A stretch of DNA of 64,000 nucleotides from Polyangiaceae bacterium (GCA_965222375.1 CBDCTZ010000015.1:1440001-1504000); one strand, 5' to 3'. Positions 1 through 9,910 are shown, numbered from the stretch's first letter. A program made the numbers and translations. Notes: a model not told the origin generated them from the letters alone.

Positions 1-73
1 CATGCCATCGCGGTGGAACGGCCACCTTTACCTATTGGCGCCGATCAGGAAGCATGGCTATGGACCGTGAGCG

Positions 74-733
74 GTGTCGGAGATGGCGCACCCTTGGTCA
101 AGTACAAACTCGAAACGGAGTGAGATGGGTCGACAACGCACAAGGCTGGCGACACTGCCAAAAGTGGGGACCCTAGCCATGCTCTTGTTGCTGGGCGCCG
201 TCACCGCAACTTGTCAGCGTTCGACAGCACCGACCTCGGGTTCTGAAAAGCCGAGCGCGACTCAAGCTGCCCAAGCCCCTGCACCCCCAGCTGCCCCCGC
301 CCAAAAGAAGGGCCAGGCGCCACTGGTCGCCGCACAGGAGACAGAGGTTGCCACGCCGGAGGCCGAGCGGGGGGGCTCTGGGCAGGAAGCCCGAGTCAAG
401 AAGCAGCTGGAGCAGATATTCGAGTGGGTCAAAGCCGACGACTGCGCCCGCCTCGCCAATCACGTGGTCTATCGGGGCAAGGACCAGGCGCGCCGCTGGA
501 AGGATACGAGTCGCTACGACGTCGCCGAGGAGCGCGGGGTGGTAGACGGGGTTTGCCGCCGAATTGCGGGCTACGCCAGGAAGGGCTACCCCGTGTATGT
601 GGGCTTCAAGACGAAGCGCGAATCCGAAGGGCAGTGGCTGGTGCTCAGCGCCCGGTTCGAGCCCGAGGGGAAGGAACGCCACTTCGCGTTCCTGGAGATC
701 TCCGGGCGCCTGGCGATCGGAGACATCGACTGA
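74..733 (+). CDS. Hypothetical exported protein or lipoprotein (start may be 125 or later)
   Basis: Hydrophobic stretch ending in Cys (LLLLGAVTATC), Pro/Ala linker, globular C-terminal domain. Confidence 0.65.
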   Translation: MSEMAHPWSSTNSKRSEMGRQRTRLATLPKVGTLAMLLLLGAVTATCQRSTAPTSGSEKPSATQAAQAPAPPAAPAQKKGQAPLVAAQETEVATPEAERGGSGQEARVKKQLEQIFEWVKADDCARLANHVVYRGKDQARRWKDTSRYDVAEERGVVDGVCRRIAGYARKGYPVYVGFKTKRESEGQWLVLSARFEPEGKERHFAFLEISGRLAIGDID

Positions 734-837
734 TGGGTGCTAGCGAGAAGGCGCGCAGTGGGTCAACCCCCCAGAAGGCACGGGTCATCCGCGGAAAATG
801 GCATTTCGCGCCGTGACCATGCGATGCTTGCGGGCCC

Positions 838-1590
838 ATGTCGGAACCGGGCAGCTCGGGACCTTCCCAGGACGCACTCGACATCGTCGTCGTGGATGAC
901 GACGCACGCTGGCGCGAAACCGCAGCGCAACCATTTCGACAGCGTGGAGATCGCGTAAGAACCTTCACCGACGGACTGCAAGCGTTGGCGGAGTGCATCG
1001 AGGACCCGCCCGACGTCATTCTCTCGGACGTACAGATGCCGCGCATGGACGGTTGGCAGCTCCTCCGTATGGTGCGGGCTCGACCCGCCCTGGCGAGAAC
1101 TCCCGTCGTGTTCCTCACGTCGCTGGATGGCGACGCAGAGCGACTCAAAGGCTACCAACTCGGCGTGGATGCCTACGTACCGAAACCCTTCCGTCCCGAA
1201 GAGCTATTGCTGCGCGTGCGTCGTCTGGTTCGTCAGGCGGTCGTCCCAGCATGGACCGAGGGGCAGCAAATCCTGCGCGGCGACCTACAGCATGTCGCCC
1301 CGGCAGCGCTGTTTTCGTTCCTGGCCGTAGAAAACAAGAGTGGACACTTGCTCATGGTTGGCGACAAGGTTGCGCGGGTCTTTTTTCAAGAGGGCCGACC
1401 CGTCCGTGCCGAAATGGAAGGCTCCCGCGACGAACGCACATCTCGAGGAGTCCTGCTGGATCTGCTCGACTGGCGCGAAGGCGAATTCGAACTCACGGAG
1501 CAACCGGTGAAGCAGCTCGACGAGGTGCGCGCATCCGTCAACGAATTGGTCTTGGAGCACGCGAAGCTCGTCGACGAGGGTCGCCGCTAG
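838..1590 (+). CDS. Response regulator with C-terminal DUF4388/PATAN-like domain
   Basis: Receiver motifs VVVDDD, ILSDVQMPRMDG, FLTS, VPKPF; C-terminal LRGDL...SGHL...VFFQEGR...LLDWREGEF. Confidence 0.9.
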   Translation: MSEPGSSGPSQDALDIVVVDDDARWRETAAQPFRQRGDRVRTFTDGLQALAECIEDPPDVILSDVQMPRMDGWQLLRMVRARPALARTPVVFLTSLDGDAERLKGYQLGVDAYVPKPFRPEELLLRVRRLVRQAVVPAWTEGQQILRGDLQHVAPAALFSFLAVENKSGHLLMVGDKVARVFFQEGRPVRAEMEGSRDERTSRGVLLDLLDWREGEFELTEQPVKQLDEVRASVNELVLEHAKLVDEGRR

Positions 1591-1598
1591 CTCCGCGC

Positions 1599-3425
1599 CT
1601 ACAGCGCCACCAAATCCGCGCTGCGCACCAGGATCTTGCCGGAGGTCGCGGGCACACTGACGCGCAATCCCCCGTCTTGCTCCACGGTCAAGGGGGGATC
1701 GCTCGGGTTCAGCACGTCAACAAGCTGGGTCCCAGCGGGCAAAGAGGTCTTCATAGGGTCGCCGTTGAATTCGGGCGAGCTGGTCTTTTTCGCGTTGGTG
1801 TTGACCACGACCAGAGCGTAATCGTTGCCCGCGTCGCCACCGGTGCGCTCAAAGGCGATGATGCCCACGTCCGCTTCATCCGCGGTCCGCTCGCTCGACC
1901 AGACGATCCTTAAATCTCCATGGGTCAGTGCCCGGTAGCTCTTACGGATCTTGGCTAGGCGGGCAATCCACTTATAGTGGCGATGACTGCGATCGTATCC
2001 GCTCGACCATAGGTCTTCACGATTCGCAGGATCGTTGCCACCAGAAAATCCCTGCTCGGTGCCGTAGTAGATGCACGGGATGCCATCTTCTGCAAACAGG
2101 AAGAGCAGCGCGTTGTCCAGGGCAGCAGGATCAGGCCGATTGAAAAGGAATCGCGACACGTCGTGATTGTCCAGGAAGTTCACGAGCGCCTTGTTCGGCG
2201 GGATCCCGATTCCACCTTCGTGAGGCACCGCGCCGTAGTTGCCACCGGGGCCGAGACGTTGCGAGAACAAGGTCTCGATGCGCTTTGTATCCATTCCCTG
2301 CTGAAACACGTCACGAAAGACCGTGAAGTGCTGCGGAAAGTAGAAGACGGAGTCCACCTCTTGATTGAAAGTGTAGGAGCCGACCAAGTCGTCTCGCCCA
2401 TCAAAGGCCTCCCCGAACATGAAAAAGTTGGTCTTGCCTTGGGCGGCGAGGCGCTGGCGGATGGCCGGGGCGAAGGTCTGCCAAAAGCCGTGCTCCACAT
2501 GCTTTAGGGTGTCGATTCGGAAGCCATCGAAGTCCGCAACCTCCACCCAGCGAGCGAAAATGTCGATCAGCGTGCCGCGCACGTCCGGATCCTGAGTGTT
2601 GATGTCCTTTAGGCCTCCCGGAAAGTCCCCGAGCTCCACCTGTTCGTCCTGGTCGAAGCTCCATACTCGACCGCGGCGGTTGTAGGCGCGAGGCTCGAGG
2701 AAGATATCCGGCTGAGGCGGCACGTGGTTGGACGCAGCGTCATAGGGGAAGATAATCGGCGCTGGACCCGCTTCACCCAGGCTGGTCCACGCCTGCACGC
2801 CCCGGGGATCGTAGTCCGGGTCGTACTCGTTCACATGGGCAACGGGGCTGGTGGGTGAACCGTCGGGTTGTTTGGGCGCAATCAGCGGCCCGGCGCCTTC
2901 CACGCGTTCGTCGGGCTGCCCATTGAGATTGATGTCGTAGTAGAAGAGCTGCCCCACGTGATTTACGACAATGTCGAGAATCACTTTCATGTTGCGGTCA
3001 TGGGCAGCGTCCACCATGCGGCGCAGGCTGGCCAAGTCGCCGAAGTGCGGGTTGAGCTGGGTGAAGTCCTGAGTCCAGTAGCCATGGTAGCCGTCGACTC
3101 CGGCGTCGGTTTCCACGTTCTTTACGAGAGGCGAAATCCAGATCGTGGTCACGCCGAGCTGGGTCAGGTAGTCCAGCTTGTCCTCGACACCTCGCCAGTC
3201 ACCGCCGTGGTAACGCGCAGGCGCATTGCTTTGGATGCGATAATCGTTGGCCAGATCCCCGTTCGCAAAGCGGTCCACGAGCAGCTGGTAGATCACTTCG
3301 TCGCGCCAGTCTTGGACATGGGTGCGAATGGGACGCTCCCCTTCGAGCCCTTCGAAGTCCATGCACCCCGTGCAGGCCACCGAAAGCGCGACACATAGGG
3401 CCGTCGCAAGAGGGTCGATGCGCAT
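1599..3425 (-). CDS. GH13 alpha-amylase family lipoprotein
   Basis: GH13 conserved regions DIVVNH, DGFRIDTLKH, FGEAFD, FLDNHD; signal peptide with lipobox-like Cys. Confidence 0.93.
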   Translation of the reverse strand: MRIDPLATALCVALSVACTGCMDFEGLEGERPIRTHVQDWRDEVIYQLLVDRFANGDLANDYRIQSNAPARYHGGDWRGVEDKLDYLTQLGVTTIWISPLVKNVETDAGVDGYHGYWTQDFTQLNPHFGDLASLRRMVDAAHDRNMKVILDIVVNHVGQLFYYDINLNGQPDERVEGAGPLIAPKQPDGSPTSPVAHVNEYDPDYDPRGVQAWTSLGEAGPAPIIFPYDAASNHVPPQPDIFLEPRAYNRRGRVWSFDQDEQVELGDFPGGLKDINTQDPDVRGTLIDIFARWVEVADFDGFRIDTLKHVEHGFWQTFAPAIRQRLAAQGKTNFFMFGEAFDGRDDLVGSYTFNQEVDSVFYFPQHFTVFRDVFQQGMDTKRIETLFSQRLGPGGNYGAVPHEGGIGIPPNKALVNFLDNHDVSRFLFNRPDPAALDNALLFLFAEDGIPCIYYGTEQGFSGGNDPANREDLWSSGYDRSHRHYKWIARLAKIRKSYRALTHGDLRIVWSSERTADEADVGIIAFERTGGDAGNDYALVVVNTNAKKTSSPEFNGDPMKTSLPAGTQLVDVLNPSDPPLTVEQDGGLRVSVPATSGKILVRSADLVAL

Positions 3426-3464
3426 GCCCCGAAGCCTGGCAAAAAGCCGCGCTGCTGGGAAGGG

Positions 3465-4475
3465 TCAGCCCCCGAAGTTCTGGACCCAGTAGTGCTTATA
3501 GCCCTTGCTGCCGAGGTAATACCCCACGCCAAGGTCCTTGTACTTGCCGTTCATGATGTTCTTGCAGTGGCCGGGGCTCTTCATCCAGCCGCTCATCACC
3601 GAAGCCGGGGAGCTCTGCCCGGCTGCGATGTTCTCCCCCATGGTTTTCCCGCTATAGCCAGCGTCCTTCATGCGTTGGAAGGGGCTCTTGCCGTTCTGGC
3701 TGGTGTGGCTGAAGTAGCCGTTATCGCCCATGTCCTTGGCGTGGAGGCGCGAGCTATGGGTCAGAATCTGGTGCCGCGCGATCGGACTCGTTGGTGGATA
3801 AGATGTGCCGCCGCAGCTGGCACCCTTTGATCTCTCCAGGTTCACGAGCGCGAGCACTTCGCACTCGAAGTTCTGCCAGCTGGAGCTCCAACCGGTTCCG
3901 TCATCACCGCAGCCGCCGCTCACAGCGCCGCTACCACCGCCACCACCGGGTGCGCCTCCGCCACCAGGACTGCCACCGCCGCCGGGCGCGCCACCAGAAG
4001 CCGAACCGCCGGAGCCGCCACCGCAAACGCTCGCGTAGTCGGAACAGCAGTCCTTGAACTGCGCACACTTCTCATCGCAATGACACTGACCTTCAACCGG
4101 AGCCGCGCTGCCGCATTTGCCAACACAACTCGGTCCCGCGCTCGCTCCCCCAGAGCCCGACGCGGCGCCCGTACCTGAACTGCCACCACTCGACGGCGTG
4201 CCTCCCGAGCCACTGGCGTTGCCGGAGCCTCCCCCTGAGCCGCCCCGAGAACCGGAGCCACCTGCGCCGGGTTCACAAACGGCGAAACATTGGTTCACAT
4301 CGTCCGTCGTGCACAGGCAAAACTCGATGCACGTCTGTGGGTCCCCGCAGAAGTCGGGTTTCTCCCCGGACGGAGTGGAACTGATGTCACCGGAGCAAGC
4401 GACGAGCGTCAGTAGGAATCCGCCTATGCCGGCGATGCGCGAGATACGGCGAGAGAGTGGACCACAGATGATCAT
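3465..4475 (-). CDS. Lipoprotein: Cys-rich N-module, Somatomedin-B-like domain, CAP/SCP domain
   Basis: GGAGG RBS before ATG 4475; LVAC lipobox; CHCDEKCAQFKDCCSDYASVC; CAP motifs YFSH, GENIAAGQ, WMKSPGHCKNIM, YWVQNFG. Confidence 0.88.
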   Translation of the reverse strand: MIICGPLSRRISRIAGIGGFLLTLVACSGDISSTPSGEKPDFCGDPQTCIEFCLCTTDDVNQCFAVCEPGAGGSGSRGGSGGGSGNASGSGGTPSSGGSSGTGAASGSGGASAGPSCVGKCGSAAPVEGQCHCDEKCAQFKDCCSDYASVCGGGSGGSASGGAPGGGGSPGGGGAPGGGGGSGAVSGGCGDDGTGWSSSWQNFECEVLALVNLERSKGASCGGTSYPPTSPIARHQILTHSSRLHAKDMGDNGYFSHTSQNGKSPFQRMKDAGYSGKTMGENIAAGQSSPASVMSGWMKSPGHCKNIMNGKYKDLGVGYYLGSKGYKHYWVQNFGG

Positions 4476-4519
4476 TTTTGCCTCCATGCGAACGTTCCCG
4501 TCCGCCCGAGGCGACGTGT

Positions 4520-4535
4520 TGCAGGGCACATGCCA
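4520..4535 (-). promoter_or_regulatory. Putative sigma54 (-24/-12) promoter of the SMB-CAP gene
   Basis: Minus strand TGGCATG-TGCC-CTGCA, exact GG-N10-GC spacing, about 45 nt upstream of the start codon. Confidence 0.7.
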
Positions 4536-4680
4536 TGCGCACTTGCGCCTACATCACCGGTCAGCCCGATTTCTGCTGGTCGGGTGCGGCATACACCGCG
4601 GTGCAATGGAGCAGTCCATCCCAAACTCGCGTTCTTTGCGCCCAACCGAGGGCACGGGACTTTTTTGCTATGGTGGCTGC

Positions 4681-5994
4681 ATGAGCGATTCCACGGTGCG
4701 AGCGCAGGCCGCCGGCATGCCGGTGCGCACGATCCAGCTTGCCGTCGAAGGAACGGATCAGCAGGTCACGGTCTCCGATGGCGAGCGATTGTCCATCGGC
4801 AGCGCGAGCGGCAACGACCTGGTCATCGAACACGCGACCGTCAGCCGATACCACTTGACCCTGTCCCGCGACGCAGCGGCGGTCATCGTCACTGATCTCG
4901 GTTCCACCAACGGCACCACGGTGGGCCCGGTTACGTTGCACGATAGTGTCGCATCGTTGACCCTCCCAGCAGCCCTGAAGTTGGGGGACGTTTCCGTGCG
5001 GCTCTCCGACGGCGACGTGGTCATGCAGAAGCTGCACGACGAAGAGTCCCTCGGTGGCCTTCGCGGCAAATCGCCACCCATGCGCCGACTCATGGCCGAC
5101 ATTCGCAAGCTGTCAGCAAGCGAAGTTTCGGCGCTACTGATTGGCGAGTCCGGAACAGGCAAAGAACTGATCGCCCGGGCCATCCACGACAATTCCGCGC
5201 GCGAAGACAAGCCCTTCGTGGTCGTGGACTGTGCCGCCATTCCGCCCACGGTCTTTGCAGCCGAACTATTCGGCCACGAGCGCGGCGCATTCACTGGCGC
5301 CGATCGTCGTCGAGCCGGCGCGTTGGAGCGCGCCCATGGCGGCACGATCTTCCTCGACGAGTTGGGCGAACTGCCGCCATCGCTTCAGGCATCGCTCTTG
5401 GGCGCGCTCGAACGCCGGCGCTTCACCCGCCTGGGCGGCAGTGACGAAGTTCCCGTGGACGTGCGTATCGTTTCCGCGACGAATCGCGATCTGCGCAAGG
5501 ACGTCAACTCCGGTTCTTTTCGCCTCGATCTATTCTACCGCCTGGGCGTCGTCGTGCTGGAGGTCCCGCCGCTTCGCAAGCGCACCGAGGATATTCCTCT
5601 GCTCGTGGAGCATTTTGCTGCCGAGGCGGGCGCCGAAGACGACGCCAAGGAGCTCTTCAGCGAGGAAGTCGTCAAGCAACTGACCACCTACCCATGGCCG
5701 GGAAACGTGCGGGAGCTTCGCAACCTAGTTGCGAGCACCCTAGCCATGGGTCGACAGCCGAGCCTGGAGAGCGTCTCCATGGTTGCGCCCAACGCCAGCG
5801 ACGACGACGTCATCGAATCCGTCTTGCACCTCAGCTATCGAGAGGCGCGCGGCGCGCTCCTGGAACAGTTCGAGCGCCGCTACCTAGAGAACCTGCTGCA
5901 ACGCAGCGAGGGCAACGTGCGCAAGGCAGCGCGGGTGGGGCAGATGAACCGCTCGTATCTGATCGAGCTGCTCAAACGCCACGAAATTCGCTGA
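4681..5994 (+). CDS. FHA-domain sigma54-dependent transcriptional activator (FHA-AAA+-Fis HTH)
   Basis: FHA motifs VSRYH and DLGSTNGT; Walker A GESGTGKE; GAFTGA; FLDE; WPGNVREL; C-terminal HTH GNVRKAAR. Confidence 0.95.
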   Translation: MSDSTVRAQAAGMPVRTIQLAVEGTDQQVTVSDGERLSIGSASGNDLVIEHATVSRYHLTLSRDAAAVIVTDLGSTNGTTVGPVTLHDSVASLTLPAALKLGDVSVRLSDGDVVMQKLHDEESLGGLRGKSPPMRRLMADIRKLSASEVSALLIGESGTGKELIARAIHDNSAREDKPFVVVDCAAIPPTVFAAELFGHERGAFTGADRRRAGALERAHGGTIFLDELGELPPSLQASLLGALERRRFTRLGGSDEVPVDVRIVSATNRDLRKDVNSGSFRLDLFYRLGVVVLEVPPLRKRTEDIPLLVEHFAAEAGAEDDAKELFSEEVVKQLTTYPWPGNVRELRNLVASTLAMGRQPSLESVSMVAPNASDDDVIESVLHLSYREARGALLEQFERRYLENLLQRSEGNVRKAARVGQMNRSYLIELLKRHEIR

Positions 5995-5997
5995 GTG

Positions 5998-7032
5998 CTA
6001 TTTGTTCTTCTGCGCGAGCTCGACAGCCTTGGCGTAGGAAGTACTGCCGCCACCCATCTGGGTGTAAACGACCCGCATGTTTCGGGGGTCGACCACGGTG
6101 TGTAGTGGCGTGCCAATCGAGTTCGAATATGCCATCGAGGGGGGCATCTTGTCGGCGAGAACATCCACGCGGTCGAACCCATAAGCGTTCTTCCAACTCT
6201 GAGCACCCGCGACTGTCGCTGGGTAGGCCATCAGGGTAACGACCTTGATTCCCAGCGGGGCCCACTGGTCCATCTTGGCTTCGAGCGTTTTCGCTTCACT
6301 CTTGCATTTTCCACATGTGGTCGTAGCCGTAATGAAGAGGATCGCGTTGATGCCCTTCTTGCCGTCGCAGTCGTAGTAGTCGGAGATGCTGGTTGAGCCT
6401 GAACTGTTGGAACCACCGAAGAACCCCTGCCAACTTAGGCTCTGCGGCAAGGTCTTGCCAGTGGCAGCACCGGTTGCACCACTCGGCCAACCGCTACAGC
6501 TCGTGGAGCCACCACCACCGGTTCCGCCCGGCGAGCCACCGCTTCCGGAGCTGCCACCGCCGGAGCCCGAACCCTGGCAAACACTCTGGTAGTCCGGGCA
6601 GCAGTCCTTGAACTGCTCGCACTTGGGATCGCAGTAGCAACTACCGCCAATGGCTTGGCCGCTACCACAGGCGCCCACGCAACTCAGACCGCCGCCCGTG
6701 CTTCCGCCCGTGGCGCTGCCACCAGCGGCACCGACTCCACCGCCACCGGCAGTGCTGCCTCCGCCACCGGAGGTGCCCCCGCTGCCAGATGGCCCGCCGC
6801 CTGTACCCGCCCGGCCTCCGCCACCACCGCTGCTGCCCAGACCATCGCAAGCAGCGAAGCAACGGTCAGCCTCGCCGGTTGCGCATACGCAAAACTCGAA
6901 GCAGGACGATGCGTCATCACAGAAGGCGGGGCGTTGTAGCGTTTCGTCTTCATCCGAACCGGCACAGGCAACGCCAGTAGCGACCAGCGCTAGTCCTGCC
7001 GCCATCTTCGACCAGAGTCTTACGTTGTTCAT
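5998..7032 (-). CDS. Lipoprotein: Cys-rich N-module, Somatomedin-B-like domain, thioredoxin/redoxin-like domain
   Basis: GAGGGAG RBS before ATG 7032; GVAC lipobox; CYCDPKCEQFKDCCPDYQSVC; CGKC motif and cis-Pro-like GTP. Confidence 0.82.
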   Translation of the reverse strand: MNNVRLWSKMAAGLALVATGVACAGSDEDETLQRPAFCDDASSCFEFCVCATGEADRCFAACDGLGSSGGGGGRAGTGGGPSGSGGTSGGGGSTAGGGGVGAAGGSATGGSTGGGLSCVGACGSGQAIGGSCYCDPKCEQFKDCCPDYQSVCQGSGSGGGSSGSGGSPGGTGGGGSTSCSGWPSGATGAATGKTLPQSLSWQGFFGGSNSSGSTSISDYYDCDGKKGINAILFITATTTCGKCKSEAKTLEAKMDQWAPLGIKVVTLMAYPATVAGAQSWKNAYGFDRVDVLADKMPPSMAYSNSIGTPLHTVVDPRNMRVVYTQMGGGSTSYAKAVELAQKNK

Positions 7033-7072
7033 GAGCTCCCTCTTCATTTCAGTCCGCGCAGGGAGCCTGTAG

Positions 7073-7088
7073 TGCACGGTGCGTGCCG
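7073..7088 (-). promoter_or_regulatory. Putative sigma54 (-24/-12) promoter of the SMB-redoxin gene
   Basis: Minus strand CGGCACG-CACC-GTGCA, GG-N10-GC spacing, about 40 nt upstream of the start codon. Confidence 0.65.
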
Positions 7089-7174
7089 CACGCACATGCC
7101 GAGATTTCCAGGCGTGCTGTAGCTCGTGCGCGGTGCGCAGCGCCCGACCCCTGGTGTGGCGCAGCAGACCAGCG

Positions 7175-8164
7175 CTAGGAGGAACTCGCGGCCACGATAG
7201 CCTGCAATTGCGCGGCGACCTGGCGGGACGATGACCACCCGCACTCAGCCGCGGCTTCCTCGAACCCCTCTGCAACAGATGCAGCGCTTGCGGGGCGACT
7301 AGCCCTTTCACGCTGCAAGCACTTCTTGATGGTCGCGGATGCAACCTCTGGCAAAGCGCGGGCGGTCAGGTCCGGAACGGCGCGATGGACCACGTTCCAA
7401 ATCGTGCCGCCTTCATTTGCGTCCTGGAACAACCGCTCCCCACTCAGCACTTCCCAAGCCACGACACCCAAGGCCCAGATGTCTGCACGTCGGTCCACAT
7501 CTCGGGGCGAGAGGATCTGCTCGGGCGCCAAATAGGCGAGAGTCCCTTTGGTATTGCCCGTGGCGGTCCGCGTCTTCCGGCCCTGCGCCGCGGCAATACC
7601 AAAGTCGACGACCTTGATACGGCCGTTGAAGCCGATCAAGATGTTCTGCGGCTTCACGTCGCGGTGCACGATCGACAGGGACTGCCCATCCTCACCGCGA
7701 GTTTCGTGGGCGCCGTGCAGCCCTTGGGCAGCCCGCGAGAGAATGTGCAGATGCAGCCCTACGGGTGGGGGAACGCGCACGGCTTGGGCCGCCTCCATGA
7801 GCTGCACGTAAGAAAAGCCGTCGACCAACTCTTGCACGATGAAGGGTGAGCCTCGATGCATTCCCGTGTCGAGCACTCGCGCGACGTTGGGGTGATCCAC
7901 CTGGGAAGCGATCTGCTGCTCGTCCAGGAACATCTGCAGCGCTTCGGCATCCTCGGCCAGCTCGGCGAACATGAGCTTCAGAGCGACATCCGGCTCGTCT
8001 TCACCAGCGGAAGCTTGATACACCACCGCCGTGGAACCACGACCCACCTCGCCCACAACGCGATACGCGCCGACACTTTCACCTGAAACGAGGACCGGGA
8101 TCTCCACGGCGTGCTCCGCTTGCTCATATGGCAATTGCCGCGCGCGGTCGAGCAGCGAGGGCAA
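7175..8164 (-). CDS. Ser/Thr protein kinase, kinase domain only (cytoplasmic)
   Basis: GRGSTAVVY, VALK, HRDVKPQN, DFG, APE, DIWALG; no transmembrane segment. Confidence 0.9.
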   Translation of the reverse strand: MPSLLDRARQLPYEQAEHAVEIPVLVSGESVGAYRVVGEVGRGSTAVVYQASAGEDEPDVALKLMFAELAEDAEALQMFLDEQQIASQVDHPNVARVLDTGMHRGSPFIVQELVDGFSYVQLMEAAQAVRVPPPVGLHLHILSRAAQGLHGAHETRGEDGQSLSIVHRDVKPQNILIGFNGRIKVVDFGIAAAQGRKTRTATGNTKGTLAYLAPEQILSPRDVDRRADIWALGVVAWEVLSGERLFQDANEGGTIWNVVHRAVPDLTARALPEVASATIKKCLQRERASRPASAASVAEGFEEAAAECGWSSSRQVAAQLQAIVAASSS

Positions 8165-8270
8165 AAAGCTTCAGCGACAGCATAGCTGTTCGTCTTGCCA
8201 TGGCGAATTTCGGCCCTAGCTTGTCGGAAAGGTAGCCCCAACCCGCTGTCGACCGTATCCTGACAATCTA

Positions 8271-9878
8271 GTGCGCCTTAGCCGCCCGCCCCAACCCGCG
8301 GTCCTGGCGGGAAGATACCAGTTGTTCGACGTGATCGCGTCCGGCGGGATGGCGACAGTCCATCTGGCGCGGCTGCACGGCAAGGTCGGCTTTTCACGCA
8401 CGGTCGCAGTCAAGCGCCTGCACCCTCAGTTTGCTCGCGAGCCGGACTTTCGCGCGATGTTCGTCGACGAGGCCCGGGTGGCTGCTCGAATCGTGCACCC
8501 CAACGTTGCCCAGACCTTGGACGTGGTGGAGGACGGCGACGAACTCTTCATCGTGATGGAGTACATCCACGGACTGCCTCTTTCACACCTGACAAAGCTC
8601 GCTGCGGAAGATGGCGGAATTCCCGTGGCCGTCGCCGCGAACATCATGAGCGGCGTTCTGTCTGGCTTGCACGCGGCGCACGAGGCGCATGACGAATCCG
8701 GCGCGAAGCTGCATGTCGTACACCGCGACGTTTCACCCCAGAACATCTTGGTGGGGACGGATGGCGTCGCGCGCTTGATCGACTTCGGTGTCTCAAAGGC
8801 GGTGTCGCAAATCCACACCACTCGAGAAGGGCAGCTACGCGGAAAACTGGCGTATATGGCGCCGGAACAGATCCGTCAGGGCAAGATCGATCGACAGACC
8901 GACATCTTCGCCGCCTCGGTCGTGTTGTGGCAGTGCCTGGCGAACCGTCGTCTATTCGAAGCGAGCAACGACGGGGAGCTGATCTACCAGCTACTAGAGG
9001 CGCCGATTTCGCCACCAAGCCTGCACCGGGCAGAGGTGCCTACGGAAGTTGACGCTTTGACGCTGCGTGGGCTGGAGCGCAATCGCGAAGAACGTTACGG
9101 AACGGCCAAGGCGATGCAGCTCGAGCTCGAAAAGTCTGCTCCAGTCATCACTCAGAGCGCTGTGGCCGATTGGGTGAACCGCATTGCCGAGGAGCCCCTG
9201 TCGGAACGGGCCTCGATGGTGCGAGAGGTCGGGCGTACGACTAGCAATCCGGCCGTGGGCACCCTTACGGAGCCAACGGAAACCGTGACCGTGCCCTTGG
9301 CGGGGCAAGCTGCCGGGGAGCCAGCTACGGCGGTCATGCCAACCGCCGACCAAAACAACCAGCCCTTGACCGCGCTAGCGGACGAGCCCGAGGCAGAGAC
9401 GGAGGTCATGCCGACCGCCGACGGAGACAGCCAGCCCTTGGTGGCACTGGCAGAAGAGCCCGAGGCAGAGACGGAGGTCATGCCAACCGGCGACCGGGGC
9501 AGCTTGACCAACAGCCAAGTGGCCGTCGACGCGCATTGGACGCGCCAGAAGCGGAGCTTGGTCGTTCCCGCGGTCGTGTTGCTCGGACTGTTCCTCATCC
9601 TAGGTGCGACCTGGGCTTCAGTGGCGGCGAGCGACGAACGGGAGACCCCGAAGCTAGCCCCCGCGGCATACCGCTCACTGTCCCTCGTGCGACAGGTGAA
9701 GCGCCACGCCACCCCGCTCAAGCCCGTCGCGCCGGATCCAAAGCCCGAAGAGGAGGTCTTGACCGCCGCACCCGAGCCCAAGCCAAAGCCAAAAAAGCGC
9801 GTCGTTTACTGGCGCCCAAAAGCAAAGCCCAAGCCCGCACCGAAACCAAAACCGGCTTCGCTGTACAAGCGGGAGTGA
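8271..9878 (+). CDS. Membrane Ser/Thr protein kinase
   Basis: GGMATV, VAVK, HRDVSPQN, DFG, APE; transmembrane helix; Pro/Lys-rich tail. Confidence 0.93.
   Translation: MRLSRPPQPAVLAGRYQLFDVIASGGMATVHLARLHGKVGFSRTVAVKRLHPQFAREPDFRAMFVDEARVAARIVHPNVAQTLDVVEDGDELFIVMEYIHGLPLSHLTKLAAEDGGIPVAVAANIMSGVLSGLHAAHEAHDESGAKLHVVHRDVSPQNILVGTDGVARLIDFGVSKAVSQIHTTREGQLRGKLAYMAPEQIRQGKIDRQTDIFAASVVLWQCLANRRLFEASNDGELIYQLLEAPISPPSLHRAEVPTEVDALTLRGLERNREERYGTAKAMQLELEKSAPVITQSAVADWVNRIAEEPLSERASMVREVGRTTSNPAVGTLTEPTETVTVPLAGQAAGEPATAVMPTADQNNQPLTALADEPEAETEVMPTADGDSQPLVALAEEPEAETEVMPTGDRGSLTNSQVAVDAHWTRQKRSLVVPAVVLLGLFLILGATWASVAASDERETPKLAPAAYRSLSLVRQVKRHATPLKPVAPDPKPEEEVLTAAPEPKPKPKKRVVYWRPKAKPKPAPKPKPASLYKRE
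9333..9494 (+). repeat. 72-bp (24-aa) coding tandem repeat in the kinase juxtamembrane linker
   Basis: GTCATGCC recurs at 9333, 9405, 9477; protein VMPTADxxxQPLxALAxEPEAETE x2 plus a partial copy. Confidence 0.9.
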
Positions 9879-9910
9879 GACAGCCGTACACAATGGTATA
9901 GCTTAGAGAG

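Noticed and set aside
4117..4680. N-terminal extension of the sigma54 activator (625-aa ORF)
   Set aside because: Pro-rich antisense shadow of the Gly-rich CAP gene; the FHA domain begins after ATG 4681
7033..7344. N-terminal extension of the SMB-redoxin ORF
   Set aside because: Overlaps the kinase 3' end; RBS, signal peptide and promoter all point to ATG 7032
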